Origin: Candidatus Bathyarchaeota archaeon
GTDB lineage: Archaea > Thermoproteota > Bathyarchaeia > Bathyarchaeales > Bathycorpusculaceae
Assembly (NCBI GenBank): GCA_963833575.1
Contig: CAWHXY010000008.1
Location: 64,001 to 128,000, forward strand
Length of the DNA: 64,000 nt
Direction of reading: 5' to 3'
The position numbers and the translations under genes were made by a program. Positions 30,701 to 40,800 of this stretch are shown one piece after another. A model generated the notes under the pieces. The model was given only the letters and a program-made list of their open reading frames with translations. It ran no database searches and had not been told where the DNA came from. Each line of letters starts with the position of its first letter. The stretch's first letter is position 1.

Positions 30701-31372
30701 GTAGGCAAAGAATCTGTTCGAATGACGAAAATTGAAAAAGTCGTGCCAGCTGGATTTCAAGTAATAACTAAACCAGACTACTGTTCTATTGAGGGCAGTG
30801 CCCTTGTTATGATGGGAAAGAAACTAGGTCCTCTTAAAACTGAAATAATAAGGATTACTTTGAAATCGTCTGAAAAAAGTCCAGTTGAAATTAAGCCTAG
30901 AATTGTTTGCGTTGATGAAACGGGGCTACAAGCAAGCTATGATGTTGAATCAGCCTATGACGTATTTATCAGTTATTCCCAAAATGATAAAAAAGTAGCC
31001 GATGCAATATGCTCCACTTTGGAGAGCCAGGAGATTCGATGTTGGATAGCCCCTCGTAACGTGAATATTAGTAAACCCTTTCTAAGCGAGATTATTCACG
31101 CCCTAAACAATAGCCAGATCTTTGTACTAGTATTCAGCAACAATGCAAACCACTCGAACCATGTTATCAGAGAAACAGAATTAGCAGTCCATAGAGGAAT
31201 TACAATCATACCCTTTCGAATAGAAAACGTCTTGCCAATAGAAAGTATGGAATATTTGATTTCTATTTCACAATGGCTCGACGCAACGACTGTTCCAATT
31301 GAGAAACATTTGCAGAAACTTGTAGAAACCGTACAAGCACTTTTATCAAACAATATCGAAACGCATGATTAG
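27707..31372 (+). CDS. Large TPR-like solenoid + Ig-like domain + C-terminal TIR domain
   Basis: About 950 aa of Ala/Tyr/Glu-rich helical repeats; LELKIVNVGKE beta-sandwich; TIR YDVFISYSQND...CWIAPRNV...SNHVIRETELA...IIPFRIE. Confidence 0.88.
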   Translation: MDSLSHTVSGKGLFMGTIRAEKEYKWLEAAKAHEQKAKTETNKNVAAESFKKIGFWYSLASRQAHSPEEFKKLRKLSIEAYETAAKLFRESTATEKEGRSADCLVMADYTRSWLAPNSVQKCEIIHKCISNGQNALEAFKKITENLNYARTCNLLAQCMFDLVSITSQTEEKLEVAKKGLLYVMDAVSVLSNFDEKGELITSFSLASLLSWHIANLSDQEEERKDLTKKCLSYATDAATLANQTVNPYSCIMSLWAKALSSFYFGEKTQDSSKYTQKMFKLSSIIEDNYFKGVACYLEAYIKNWSVEEEEDIDKKKKAYNEIITSSEAAIQYYQLVCQDSDIAEAYLFYAESYLSLANEIAISIKDKKDFSEKSVRIGEEGLKFAVSSGSVDAMLSTVHALSKAYHYRSKLEPGIDKKLELLKNALGYREESLRIGEQAFSSNFWILGVAMIYEALIKVDLAKLEENQITKATYLKEAVRDMESGVSYSNKWLKTCSVPSLVTVAANYEDRFGGMLAEQYQQTCQKEDLVNANKTYSEAATKFKEVDLPSRVAESYWKIAINLDLLSENAQAAENFEKAFSWYKTAARKIDQFNDFYIDYASYMKAWSEIENAKYAHNNDKYSIAASHYQETSNLLKQSKSWNYLSSNFLAWSLLEQAEDLSRKDNCRESIIAFKKSVETFRESARILHNELGRINKVDEQNLVKRLIHASNNRVEYSNGRIAIEEAIISDKQGDHDNSSRKYESAAEIFRKIVQIDPQQTGKEAEPLFYLCQAWQKMTLAEARSSPILYEEAADLFKLANKFSTKESTSLLALGHSNFCKAMEAGAEFEMTRSTTMYEQTTKHMSSAANYYLRAGFESASDFTKATQRLFDAYVFMDTAKREKDPQREAKYYLMAEKVLQISAECFTKAGHIEKNDQVQRLLRKVRDEKEIVLSLNEIFNASSIASSTASFATIGPNEEEAVGLERFEHGDIQAKLDQKEIETNLESAISLELKIVNVGKESVRMTKIEKVVPAGFQVITKPDYCSIEGSALVMMGKKLGPLKTEIIRITLKSSEKSPVEIKPRIVCVDETGLQASYDVESAYDVFISYSQNDKKVADAICSTLESQEIRCWIAPRNVNISKPFLSEIIHALNNSQIFVLVFSNNANHSNHVIRETELAVHRGITIIPFRIENVLPIESMEYLISISQWLDATTVPIEKHLQKLVETVQALLSNNIETHD

Positions 31373-31451
31373 GTAAATTAGGTAACTGCAAACAATTTCG
31401 CATATTACATCTGTTTTAGGAACAAAGCTATCAAATCGCATTTTTCTGTTC

Positions 31452-31560
31452 TTTGTATTTTGGGCTGCTTTTTTGTTTTAGGGTTTTAAATTGTTTACAA
31501 GCAGTTCTAGAATTGTCTCTATTTATCTATCATTGTCGAGATTTTGTCTTTGTTTGTTCC
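31452..31560. repeat. Copy of dispersed intergenic motif plus phased TTGTC repeats
   Basis: 41/50 identical by hand alignment to 12006-12054; TT(G/A)TC at 31513, 31523, 31533, 31544. Confidence 0.55.
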
Positions 31561-31588
31561 CAAATAATCAGTTCTTTGTTGATTGTGT

Positions 31589-31741
31589 TTATGGTTTAAG
31601 GAGCCTTATGGTTCCTTTTGAGTCGGATGTTGATTGTTGTGGTCTTGAGCGTTCAACCTGCTTTGCATATATGCCCCATTCGCCGCATATTTTTTCCAGT
31701 TCAATGGAAATATTTTCTTCTGATTCGTAATTGGACTCCAT
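31589..31741 (-). CDS. Small hypothetical protein (50 aa)
   Basis: MESNYESEENISIELEKICGEWGIYAKQVERS...; GGCGAG RBS-like and CTTATAT TATA-like elements upstream. Confidence 0.45.
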   Translation of the reverse strand: MESNYESEENISIELEKICGEWGIYAKQVERSRPQQSTSDSKGTIRLLKP

Positions 31742-31943
31742 TTGTTCTCGCCTATTTTAAGTATTAATCAAGAAGATATAAGACAGTTATTTCAAAGCAA
31801 AGAGTATATCAATATTGGGAATACAATTTGAACGATCTTCTAGAATGAGATTCTATGTTTAGCTAAGCTTGCAATTGCAGCAAAAAAGTTCTTTGCTTTA
31901 ATTATTGAAAAAATAAAAGTTGAAAAATAAAAAGGGTTGGTTT

Positions 31944-34109
31944 TTATGGTTCTTTTTTGAAGTCTATTTGTTTTTTGAGTTCTTTCAGTTTCTTAACGTT
32001 AGGCGTTGTTTTGCGTTTTATTAGAAGCATGCTGCTGACAATTGCAATAACCACTGCAGCTATTACAACAGATATTACAACTAAGTTGTTGGTGCTTGAA
32101 TTGTTATTGCTACCGTTGCTGCTGACTAGTGGCACATGAAGTGTCAAAGGCTGAGCATTATAACTGGGGATAGTTTCATTTAGCTGCGTGTATCCATCCT
32201 TAATTATTTTGAATACATATGATCCTGCTGTTGCGTTTTGGAAAGTAACTGAGCCTGATGCATCTGTTACATTGGTCAGTGTTGCCATTCCTGTTGGTTG
32301 AGTGGTTGACGAGACAAGTACGTTAGTTAATGGGGTTCCTTGGCTATCTTCAATGAGTAAGGTTATTGTTCCTGTAGCTGGTGCCGGTGTGGGTGTAGGT
32401 GTGGGCGATGGAGTTGGGGTTGGTGTTGGGGTGGGCGCTGGAGCAGGTGTCACTGTTACTTGTGTAGTTCCTTGGGCGTTTAAGTATCCTGTTTTTGAGC
32501 CACTTACTGTAATTGTGCAGCTTGTTGTCGTAGTGAAACTTGGAGCTGCAAAGCTTGCGTTATAGTATCCGTTTCCTTGATCTGTAACTGCGGTGAACGA
32601 TCCGCCATTGTTTGATGCGAAGTTTATAGTAGCGCCTGCTACTGGGCCTCCGTTAGCCGTTACATAAGCAGTTATTTCCGAAGATAATGCATTATTGACG
32701 CTTGTGGGATTAGCCGTTACTGATATCTGAAGAGGTGAATAATCAATTAGGTAAGTCGTTATTTGACCTTGCCCAGTACTGTATCCTGATGATTGTGCTG
32801 TGATTGCAATTTGGCCTGGAGCATTTGTAACTGTTAGGCTTCCAGTGGCTTGCGTATCTCCTGAGGGAATTACAAGGGTTTGGCTAACTGATGCAACGCC
32901 AGGATTTTGTGAGAATAGATTTACGCTTACATCTACTTCAGGGTTTTTTGCAGGGCGTCCCTGTGAATCTTGAAGCTGCACTATGATCGCGGAGTATGTT
33001 TTGTTATCAGATGGCAGGACTGGTGGAACTGCATAGACAGCTAACTTTGGCGGAATAAACTCCACCGTACTTATTTGTTGTGAATCGGGGTTCCAGTCTG
33101 TCGCGGCAGCAACGATATTTGTCACTCCTGCCTTGTAAGTGGAGTTGAACGTTGCTACTTCATAGGTTGAGAATTGTGAAGTTGCCCCAATTGTTAGGGT
33201 GGAATTTGTTTGCCCTATGTTAGTATCAGTTGACACCAAAGTGATTGCGACATTTGAGGTTGTATTTGCTATATTCCCTGCACTGTCTTGTAATTCAACT
33301 GCAATTTGTGGATATGAGTTATTATCTGCGAGAATGTGATTGGGTCCTACAAAGATTTTTAGATATTTAGGATTAACTGGATCGGTTGTAACACTTTTTG
33401 TTGTAATTGATAATTGTTTCGATGCGTATCCGTTTGCCATTGTGGAAATAATTGCCGCTCTTACGCTAGGTGTTGTAGTTGTAGTGAAATTGGCAATTGC
33501 ATAAGTTTGCCCATAGGGGATTGTGACATTAGTAACTGTTCCTACGTCATTTTCTGAGCATGAAAGGGTTACATTTACGCCGTTTGGTGGTGCCCTTTGT
33601 GGCAAACCACTTGAATCTTGCAGCTGAACCATTATGGCTGGATAAGTTCCTCCGTCAGCCGGTAGGGTTGATGGAAATCCATATATCGCTATTGATGAGG
33701 GTACGGGCGTAACTGTGATTACAGTTGCTTGCACAGTTGCGTAATCTGTTGCGGAAGCTGTTATTATTGTACTTCCAGGAGCTAAAGTCGCGTAGAAGTT
33801 AGCTGAAACAAATGTAGCATTTTTAGGTATGGTGACTGACGAATCTACAGTTCCAATGAAAGTGTTTTGAGATGTCAGGCTTACTGCTGTATCTTGTAGT
33901 GCTCGAGCGGGTTGCCCATTAGAATCCTGCAATTGCAAGAAAATACAGTTGTATACACTCCCATCAGCAAGTACACTAGTTGGACCAACGTAAATGCTGA
34001 GTTTGGAAGGTCCTGCTGCTGATGCTAAAGAAGTATTCTGATTAAAAACTAAAAATGCTGAAGTTAAAATTAAGATAGCTATTGAAATGGTAATTATTTT
34101 CTTTTTCAT
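31944..34109 (-). CDS. Membrane-anchored surface protein with invasin/Big_1-like Ig repeats
   Basis: Signal peptide; four LPADG...VQLQDS.G.P repeats; PT linker; carboxypeptidase-regulatory-like domain; C-terminal TM + basic tail. Confidence 0.85.
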   Translation of the reverse strand: MKKKIITISIAILILTSAFLVFNQNTSLASAAGPSKLSIYVGPTSVLADGSVYNCIFLQLQDSNGQPARALQDTAVSLTSQNTFIGTVDSSVTIPKNATFVSANFYATLAPGSTIITASATDYATVQATVITVTPVPSSIAIYGFPSTLPADGGTYPAIMVQLQDSSGLPQRAPPNGVNVTLSCSENDVGTVTNVTIPYGQTYAIANFTTTTTPSVRAAIISTMANGYASKQLSITTKSVTTDPVNPKYLKIFVGPNHILADNNSYPQIAVELQDSAGNIANTTSNVAITLVSTDTNIGQTNSTLTIGATSQFSTYEVATFNSTYKAGVTNIVAAATDWNPDSQQISTVEFIPPKLAVYAVPPVLPSDNKTYSAIIVQLQDSQGRPAKNPEVDVSVNLFSQNPGVASVSQTLVIPSGDTQATGSLTVTNAPGQIAITAQSSGYSTGQGQITTYLIDYSPLQISVTANPTSVNNALSSEITAYVTANGGPVAGATINFASNNGGSFTAVTDQGNGYYNASFAAPSFTTTTSCTITVSGSKTGYLNAQGTTQVTVTPAPAPTPTPTPTPSPTPTPTPAPATGTITLLIEDSQGTPLTNVLVSSTTQPTGMATLTNVTDASGSVTFQNATAGSYVFKIIKDGYTQLNETIPSYNAQPLTLHVPLVSSNGSNNNSSTNNLVVISVVIAAVVIAIVSSMLLIKRKTTPNVKKLKELKKQIDFKKEP

Positions 34110-34540
34110 TTTTCTTTTCCTCTGTTTTTATCTTCTTTTTTCGAAACCTTGTTTTTCTTAATATTTTGAGAAATGTTTTTTGGTTTTTTTGAACTATTTT
34201 GAGAAGACTGTTTTTCTGAGCCATTTTTTATTTTTTGGCAGAGTGTACATGAAATATTAGATATTTCTATATGATAATGAAGCGACGGCTCTTCACAATC
34301 TTTTATTCGGCACTCAGCAACAATTGGAATTTTATTTTTTACTTCCTCTTCTAAAAGATAAAAACTGCATTGCCCATTTTTCGCGTGTTCACAACTTGAT
34401 TTTCTCATTTCTCCGAAAAATGTAGCGTTAGATAATATTTCTATTAAGGTTAAGACTTCTTGTTTTTTCTGTCTTTCGATTATGTCGACACGTTTATTTA
34501 GCTCGTCTATGTCCGTGACCATTCGGAATCTTACATCCAA
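34106..34540 (-). CDS. Hypothetical Cys-rich (putative metal-binding) protein with basic tail
   Basis: CEHAKNGQC, ECRIKDC, CTLC; 4-bp overlap with the downstream gene. Confidence 0.65.
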   Translation of the reverse strand: MDVRFRMVTDIDELNKRVDIIERQKKQEVLTLIEILSNATFFGEMRKSSCEHAKNGQCSFYLLEEEVKNKIPIVAECRIKDCEEPSLHYHIEISNISCTLCQKIKNGSEKQSSQNSSKKPKNISQNIKKNKVSKKEDKNRGKEK

Positions 34541-34612
34541 TGGTAAATTGAAGAAGTTCTCTTATATACTAAGAAAATAACAAGATTTCTAAGGTGGCTA
34601 CCGAATAAGAAT

Positions 34613-35431
34613 TTATTTCTTGTGAATAGACTGCGCATATTGTATCTTTTGGTTAGGTTCACATGCAATTAATATGGTTAGATTTTCATTTTTTATGGCT
34701 TTCATTAATGTTCTGATTTTTGCTTCGTTGGAGTAGACAGTTCTTGGGGAGATGCCGAATATTTCTCCAATTTTTTCTTTGGAAATCTTTTGTTTTTTGC
34801 ATGCGTAATAGAAGGCGCCTGCCGCTAGTCCAACTGGGTTTCCGCCAGACCTTCTTATTTTCTGAAGTGCATTTTCTGCATTGAGGATAAGTTCTTTGTC
34901 CGGTGTTATTTTTCCCGCGTATTCGTGTAAGTAGTCTATGGCTGTTTTTCGTGGAATTCTTGTTCGTTCTTTTTTGGTTTTAAGGGTTTTGTTGAGTAGC
35001 CATGCTTGTTTCATTACTGTTCTTTGATCAAGGCTTAGGTCTTTGCTTATTTCTTTGATGGGACGCATTTTATCGTATTCTTTGAGTATGAGGTGCATTA
35101 GGGCCGCGATTGTTGCTCTTTTGTTTTTTGAGAGTTTTTGTGATTTAAAAAGTGAATGATTTTGTGTTCTAATCGTTCGAGCAGCTTCTTCCCTGTACGG
35201 GTAATTAGGAATGTTAAGTTGACAAGAGATAGATCTTAAAAGCGTTAACCATTCTTTGAGCGTTTCTGAGTCTTCTTCGTTCCAGTTTGAATACCATTCA
35301 GGAGTCCACTGAGTGTAACCCTTAAAAGACGGAGTCTCATCTATAACCAACCCGCATTTGCTGCAGATTTTTTCTCCTTCGACGCCTTCAGGATAAAGAA
35401 CAATAATATTTTCGCACGTGTGGGACTTCAA
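34613..35431 (-). CDS. tfb: Divergent transcription factor B (TFB/TFIIB) paralogue
   Basis: N-terminal Zn ribbon (HTC...GEKICSKCGLV), two cyclin-like repeats, GGNPVGLAAGAFYYAC and C-terminal HTH SKEKIGEIFGISPRTV. Confidence 0.8.
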   Translation of the reverse strand: MKSHTCENIIVLYPEGVEGEKICSKCGLVIDETPSFKGYTQWTPEWYSNWNEEDSETLKEWLTLLRSISCQLNIPNYPYREEAARTIRTQNHSLFKSQKLSKNKRATIAALMHLILKEYDKMRPIKEISKDLSLDQRTVMKQAWLLNKTLKTKKERTRIPRKTAIDYLHEYAGKITPDKELILNAENALQKIRRSGGNPVGLAAGAFYYACKKQKISKEKIGEIFGISPRTVYSNEAKIRTLMKAIKNENLTILIACEPNQKIQYAQSIHKK

Positions 35432-35716
35432 GTTTCTCGCTCTTTTTTAATTTTCTTATAAGCACCTGGAAATTTGATATCCTTAGGTTGACAGAAGCAT
35501 TTATAAAACTTAAGAACTCAGAATATATTAATTCGATACTTTGATTAATACTATTTATTAAAAAACAAAAATATTACTAGTGAAATTATTTGATAATGCT
35601 TTATTCTTCAATTTTAGCCAATAAGATTACGGCTAAATTCGAAAATATGAGACACATACGAAGGATTTCCGTTAGTTTCTTAAATTATATATCGAATTTT
35701 GGAATATTCGTCAGAT

Positions 35717-35736
35717 AAAAACATGGTATATAATGT
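35717..35736 (+). promoter_or_regulatory. Candidate BRE/TATA element for the pilin gene
   Basis: AAAAACATGGTATATAAT upstream of the GGAGGTG RBS (35773-35779). Confidence 0.35.
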
Positions 35737-35790
35737 CACTCTTTCAATAAAATGTCAAATGGGAAATTTAACGGAGGTGCAAAAGAAAAA

Positions 35791-36255
35791 ATGAAAAGTT
35801 TTAGACGAAATATGAAAGGCATATCACCAATATTCGCAACTCTCATACTAATCGCAATCGCAGTTATTGCTGGAGTAGTAGTTTACATGTTTACAAGCGG
35901 AACACTAGCAACCATGACAAGCGGTGGAACAGCAGCACAAGAAAAAATTTCAGTTCAAGGATCGAGTATTGTCGCAAGTAGTGGTGTGGCTACGTTGTAT
36001 GTTGAGCAGACCAGTGGTCCGGCTGCAACACCAAACAGCATAATAATTAAAGACTCATCCGGAACTACGCTCGGCGTCGTTACAGTTTCAGTAAGTCCAG
36101 CTGCAGATACAGGCTTAGCAAGTGGAACGATGTACACTATTACTGGTGGAGCCTATTCTGGTGCTACTACCCTCACAGCGGGTACACAATATACTCTTAC
36201 GCTAACAACTAAAGCAGGCGGCAGTTTCGTATCAACAGGAGTAGTTGCAACTTAG
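35791..36255 (+). CDS. Archaeal type IV pilin (probable major pilin)
   Basis: Class III signal RRNMKG|ISPIFATLILIAIAVIAGVVVY; strong RBS; own terminator. Confidence 0.92.
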   Translation: MKSFRRNMKGISPIFATLILIAIAVIAGVVVYMFTSGTLATMTSGGTAAQEKISVQGSSIVASSGVATLYVEQTSGPAATPNSIIIKDSSGTTLGVVTVSVSPAADTGLASGTMYTITGGAYSGATTLTAGTQYTLTLTTKAGGSFVSTGVVAT

Positions 36256-36295
36256 TTTGAACGGCATTTTCTTTTCCGTTGAACTTTTTTTTTAT
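36255..36295 (+). terminator. Hairpin + poly-T terminator
   Basis: AACGG...CCGTT stem followed by a T9 run right after the pilin stop. Confidence 0.6.
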
Positions 36296-37303
36296 CTCTA
36301 ACTCGGACACTTTTCTATAGTCAATTAAGAGTTAATTTTAAAATCTGAAACCAAATACTTCAAATTATTTTTCTGAAGAATTCAACCGATTAGAACACGT
36401 GACTTATAGATGGTAAATTACAGATATCCCACTATCTGAAAATACGTCTAACATAAAGTAAAATTAATTAGAACAACTCTGAAAGATGTTAAATAAATTT
36501 TTATAGTGTTCGACGAAAAGCTTGTTTGTTCCAATAATATCAAACCCATTAGCAAAATTCTCCAAAAAGGCGCTCAGCTATTATTTATCAATTGAAACTA
36601 AATCAGCAATTTTCAAAAATAAAACTTTGGCGTTTCATTTCTTGCTTCAGCAATCAAATATTTTTTTAGGCATTCTTCGTAGTTTTCGCATTTGCCAGGC
36701 TCTGAGCAGTTGAATAGTCCTTCGCAATCAAGAATTGATTTCTCTACTTTGAATTGATGATTATGGGTGAATTTGTCTCAAGATTATGAGCAACAATTTT
36801 TTGATTATGTTTTTTCTCTTTCACATAATGAAGGAAAAAAAAAGAAATACCATAAGTTTTTTGAATTGTCAAACATGAGTAATAAACCATAGTCTAAATC
36901 AAAAAATAGACGGATCTAAAAAATAGAATTAATAAAATCTATTTCTAGAAAGCTATGAGTTTTCCCTGTTTTATTTCTGTATCTTGCACGTTTCGGTTCG
37001 GGTTTGAAGGATAGTGGTAAATCGTCATTTTTTCAATTTCCAAATGAAATAGCCTCATTTATTTGGCTACAAATGCTGCGTTATGATATTTTTGTACCAT
37101 AAAATTCTATAATTTTGCCTGATATTATTAAATTTGAAATAGTATTTATCAAAGCGGTATTGCCCCGTTTTAATCTTATTTGCCTGTGAAAAATCGTAGT
37201 TTATTAACACTCTCTAGTAATGAAATGGCGGCAAGATGAAAAATGAAGTTTCGGCCAATTAGTAGTGAGACAAGAAGAGGAAAGTATTAAGGTAAACTGT
37301 TAG

Positions 37304-37861
37304 GTGCGGTATTTGAGAAAACTAAATGTTTGGTTACGAAATAAGCATGCGCTTAGTCCAATATTTGCTACCGTATTGTTAGCTTCAATCATAATTATTT
37401 TCGGCTCTGTTGCATATTACTATTCGAGTAATCTTACCAGAACAGCCACTAACAGTTATGTAAGTTCTTTGTCTGACAGTCAGCAATCTATTTCTGAGCG
37501 AATAGGCTTTGAAAACGTAGTTGAAATTAATTCTACTAATCCTGTAACATTAAGGATTTGTATAATCGATTCTGGAAGCGCGAATAATGTTCAAATTGCT
37601 TCTGTTTTTCTGTATTTTAGTTCCAACAATACCCTTTTTGGGCAACCAATTCAAGGTAGTGTTAGACTTTCTGGAGGTAGTCATATTTTCCCATTATTTT
37701 TTATTGACAATAGAACATCAATTCAAAGTAATAGTCTGAACGTAGGGAGCGAAGGATACTTTACTGTTCCATTACCTAGAGTGTTACAATCTGGAACAGA
37801 ATATACTATTCATGTAATTACTCAGCGTGGGAGTGCTTTTGACTATGAATTTACACCTTAA
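37304..37861 (+). CDS. Type IV pilin-like protein (minor)
   Basis: RNKHA|LSPIFATVLLASIII class III signal; ERIGFE; C-terminal TIHVITQRGS. Confidence 0.85.
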   Translation: MRYLRKLNVWLRNKHALSPIFATVLLASIIIIFGSVAYYYSSNLTRTATNSYVSSLSDSQQSISERIGFENVVEINSTNPVTLRICIIDSGSANNVQIASVFLYFSSNNTLFGQPIQGSVRLSGGSHIFPLFFIDNRTSIQSNSLNVGSEGYFTVPLPRVLQSGTEYTIHVITQRGSAFDYEFTP

Positions 37862-40800
37862 ACTGCATCGAAACAATAAAGGAATCGGCACAATATTTGG
37901 AATGGTATTTTTCTTACTAATAGTTATGATTGTTTTCGCCAGCTTAATGATTATTCTCAACCAAAACACTGGTCTACAACAAACTGTAATGCAGACAAAT
38001 CAACTGGACCAGAATAAAGCAAGTGAACAGCTAACAATATCTCAACAACCAAACTCAAACCTTTACACAAACATTGGCTCAACCAGCGTAACTGTCAATT
38101 TTAATATCACCAATTCTGGAACACTCCCCGTTCAAGTCATCCGCCTATGGATTGAAGACTTAAACAACTCAGCAACGGGATATTTGCCCATTTTACCCAC
38201 AGACAAAATCTACTCGTTAACACCAGGAGAGTCTCAGCTTTACAGTGGCAGCGTCCAAATTACGCTTGCTAATTCTAATGATACCCTCATATTTTGGGTT
38301 GAAACTACAAGAGGGAACCAATTTACACTTCAACAATTAAATGGTGTTTCTCCATTTAGCGTTTACCAAAGTCTTTCAAATGTCTTTGGAGATTTTCTTC
38401 CATATTATCACTCAATCCAATGGTCCATTGTTACGAAGCAAGGAAGTAACTATGTAGCAGGACCTTGGCACGATGGTTGGATCATAAATCCGAACTCAGG
38501 TAGTTACGTTGCATTCCGAATTAACTTAACCTATTGGGGTCAAAATACCCTGAGAATTGATAATGATACTAATATATGGCTTGAAAATTTTCCGGGGTCA
38601 GTGTATGATGTAGGTTATCAAGAAGATGAACTCCCTCTCCTCTACATCTCTAACTACACAGCAAGCACGCAGATTTTTAGTATATATACGGGTCATGAAA
38701 TGACAGTTACACCATCACCGATCGGAACTAACATTACATTATATTTCGCTACTCTCCAAACAGCGGACGATAATGGGCTTCCAATAAATCCACAAACTCC
38801 CAGCGGCTACGAACTTGAAGATATTGAACCAACGGTAATAATGACTGCCACAATTTATGGGATGTCTCCAAGCACATACGCGCAGTCTTTTCTACTGTAT
38901 GCAGCTCAATCCCGTACTTTAGGTATAGACGCAACTCCGCCCTACGGACCCGTCGGGACTACTGAATCGGTGGATGGAACATCCTTCCAGGCTCGTACGA
39001 CCATTTCACTGTTTTATGATTCAACTCCTATAACGATTCCGACAACCACAACAAATACCGCAGGAAACTTCGGTCCAGTAACATTTATCATACCGCCCTC
39101 GGTAGCTGGTACTCACACAATAACTGCCGTCGATTCAAGCCCAAGTCATAACACAGCCATTGCACCTTTCACAGTTATTCCAACAATAACCTTAAGTCAA
39201 ACTCAAGGTCCAAAAAACACACCTGTCACCGTAACAGGAACTGGCTTTGCGGCCAACTCAAATGTCGGAATTACGTTTGGTGGAAATGCAGTAGCAACCA
39301 CTCCCGTAGTAGTTACAACAGACGGTTTTGGTTCATTCACGGCAACATTTTTAGTTCCAGCCTCAGTCGCTGGTGCTACCCCTGTCGCCGCAACTGATGC
39401 CAGCGGCAACACGGCTTCTTCTAATTTCGGAGTAACTATTGCGTCGATTAGTCTGGCTCCACCAAATGCAAAAGTAGGTGCAACGGTTACAGTAAGTGGA
39501 TCCAACTTCATATCTAATTCACCTATAACTATAGCACTAGATGGAGTTCAAGTAGCAACAACTACGGCCATCGCTACTGGTGCTATTCCGGGAGGAGTAA
39601 CATTTACCGTGCCAGCTACTCCAGCTGGAGCTCATACTATCACCGCTACAGATTCGACCAACAACATTGCAACAGCTACATTGACAGTTACACCAAATAC
39701 CATTATAGCTCCAACAAGTGGTCCCTACGGAACCTCTGTCTCCATAACAGGACAAGGTTTCGCCGCTTCTTCACCTATCACCTTGAGTTTCAATGGAGCC
39801 AACATCGCAACTTCCCCATTATCACTGCAAACTGATAATACAGGCTCATTCTCCGGCTCATTTATCGTGCCTTCTTCATCAGCAGGCGCACAACCTGTTC
39901 TTTCTTCAGACGGTACAAACTCGTATTCAAACACTTTCACTGTTATTACCCGAGCCATTACATTAAATCCAACAAGCGGGCCTAACGGCGCTACAATAAC
40001 AGTCACAGGATCAAACTTCGAACCCATCCAAGTAATATCCTTGAGTTTCGACGCCTCATCACTTACAACATTTCCAACTACAGTTATTAGTAGCGGCACT
40101 GGAGCGTTCTCTTGCACATTTAATGTCCCGAACACTTCTGTCGGCAGCCACACGGTGAATGCAGGTGACACTGTGCCTAATGCGGTCTCTGCAACCTTCG
40201 GAGACGTAGCTTCCTCACTAACCCTTAACCCGAATAATGGTCCTATTGGCACAAGAGTTACTGTGACTGGCTCTAACTTCTTGCCTAATTCGCCTTTAAC
40301 GGTAACTTACAATGGGGTTACGGTTGTCACGCCCAATCCAACTTCCTCAAGTACCGGCACAATTCCGAATGGCGTATCTTTCCCCGTTCCCGCATCCACT
40401 TTCGGTCCTCATTCAGTTGTAGTTACAGACGGATTCGGAAATTCAGCTACAGCTACCTACACTGTAAATGCTGCCTCTTTGGCCTTAAACCCAGTAAGTG
40501 GGCTCATTGGCACCAGCATTACAGCGACAGGTCAGGGCTTTGCAGCCTCTTCACTCGTAACGATAACTTTCCCAGGATACAGTATTACCACTACGCCAAC
40601 TCCAGTGCAAACTGACACATCCGGCTCATTCGCTTGCTCCTTCAATAATCCGTCATTCGTATCCGGCGCCTACATAATCCAAGCTTCAGATGGTACCCAT
40701 ACAGCCCCGGCAACATTCACAGTCAATCCAGACGTTGCCATTACTCTATCAGTAACAGGTTTTCCGTCACCAGTAACAGCTGGAACCGCAGCAAGTGTGA

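Noticed and set aside
16637-31372. Calling the block canonical Pycsar, Thoeris or CBASS
   Set aside because: No PycC cyclase, no SIR2/Macro ThsA and no CD-NTase recognisable
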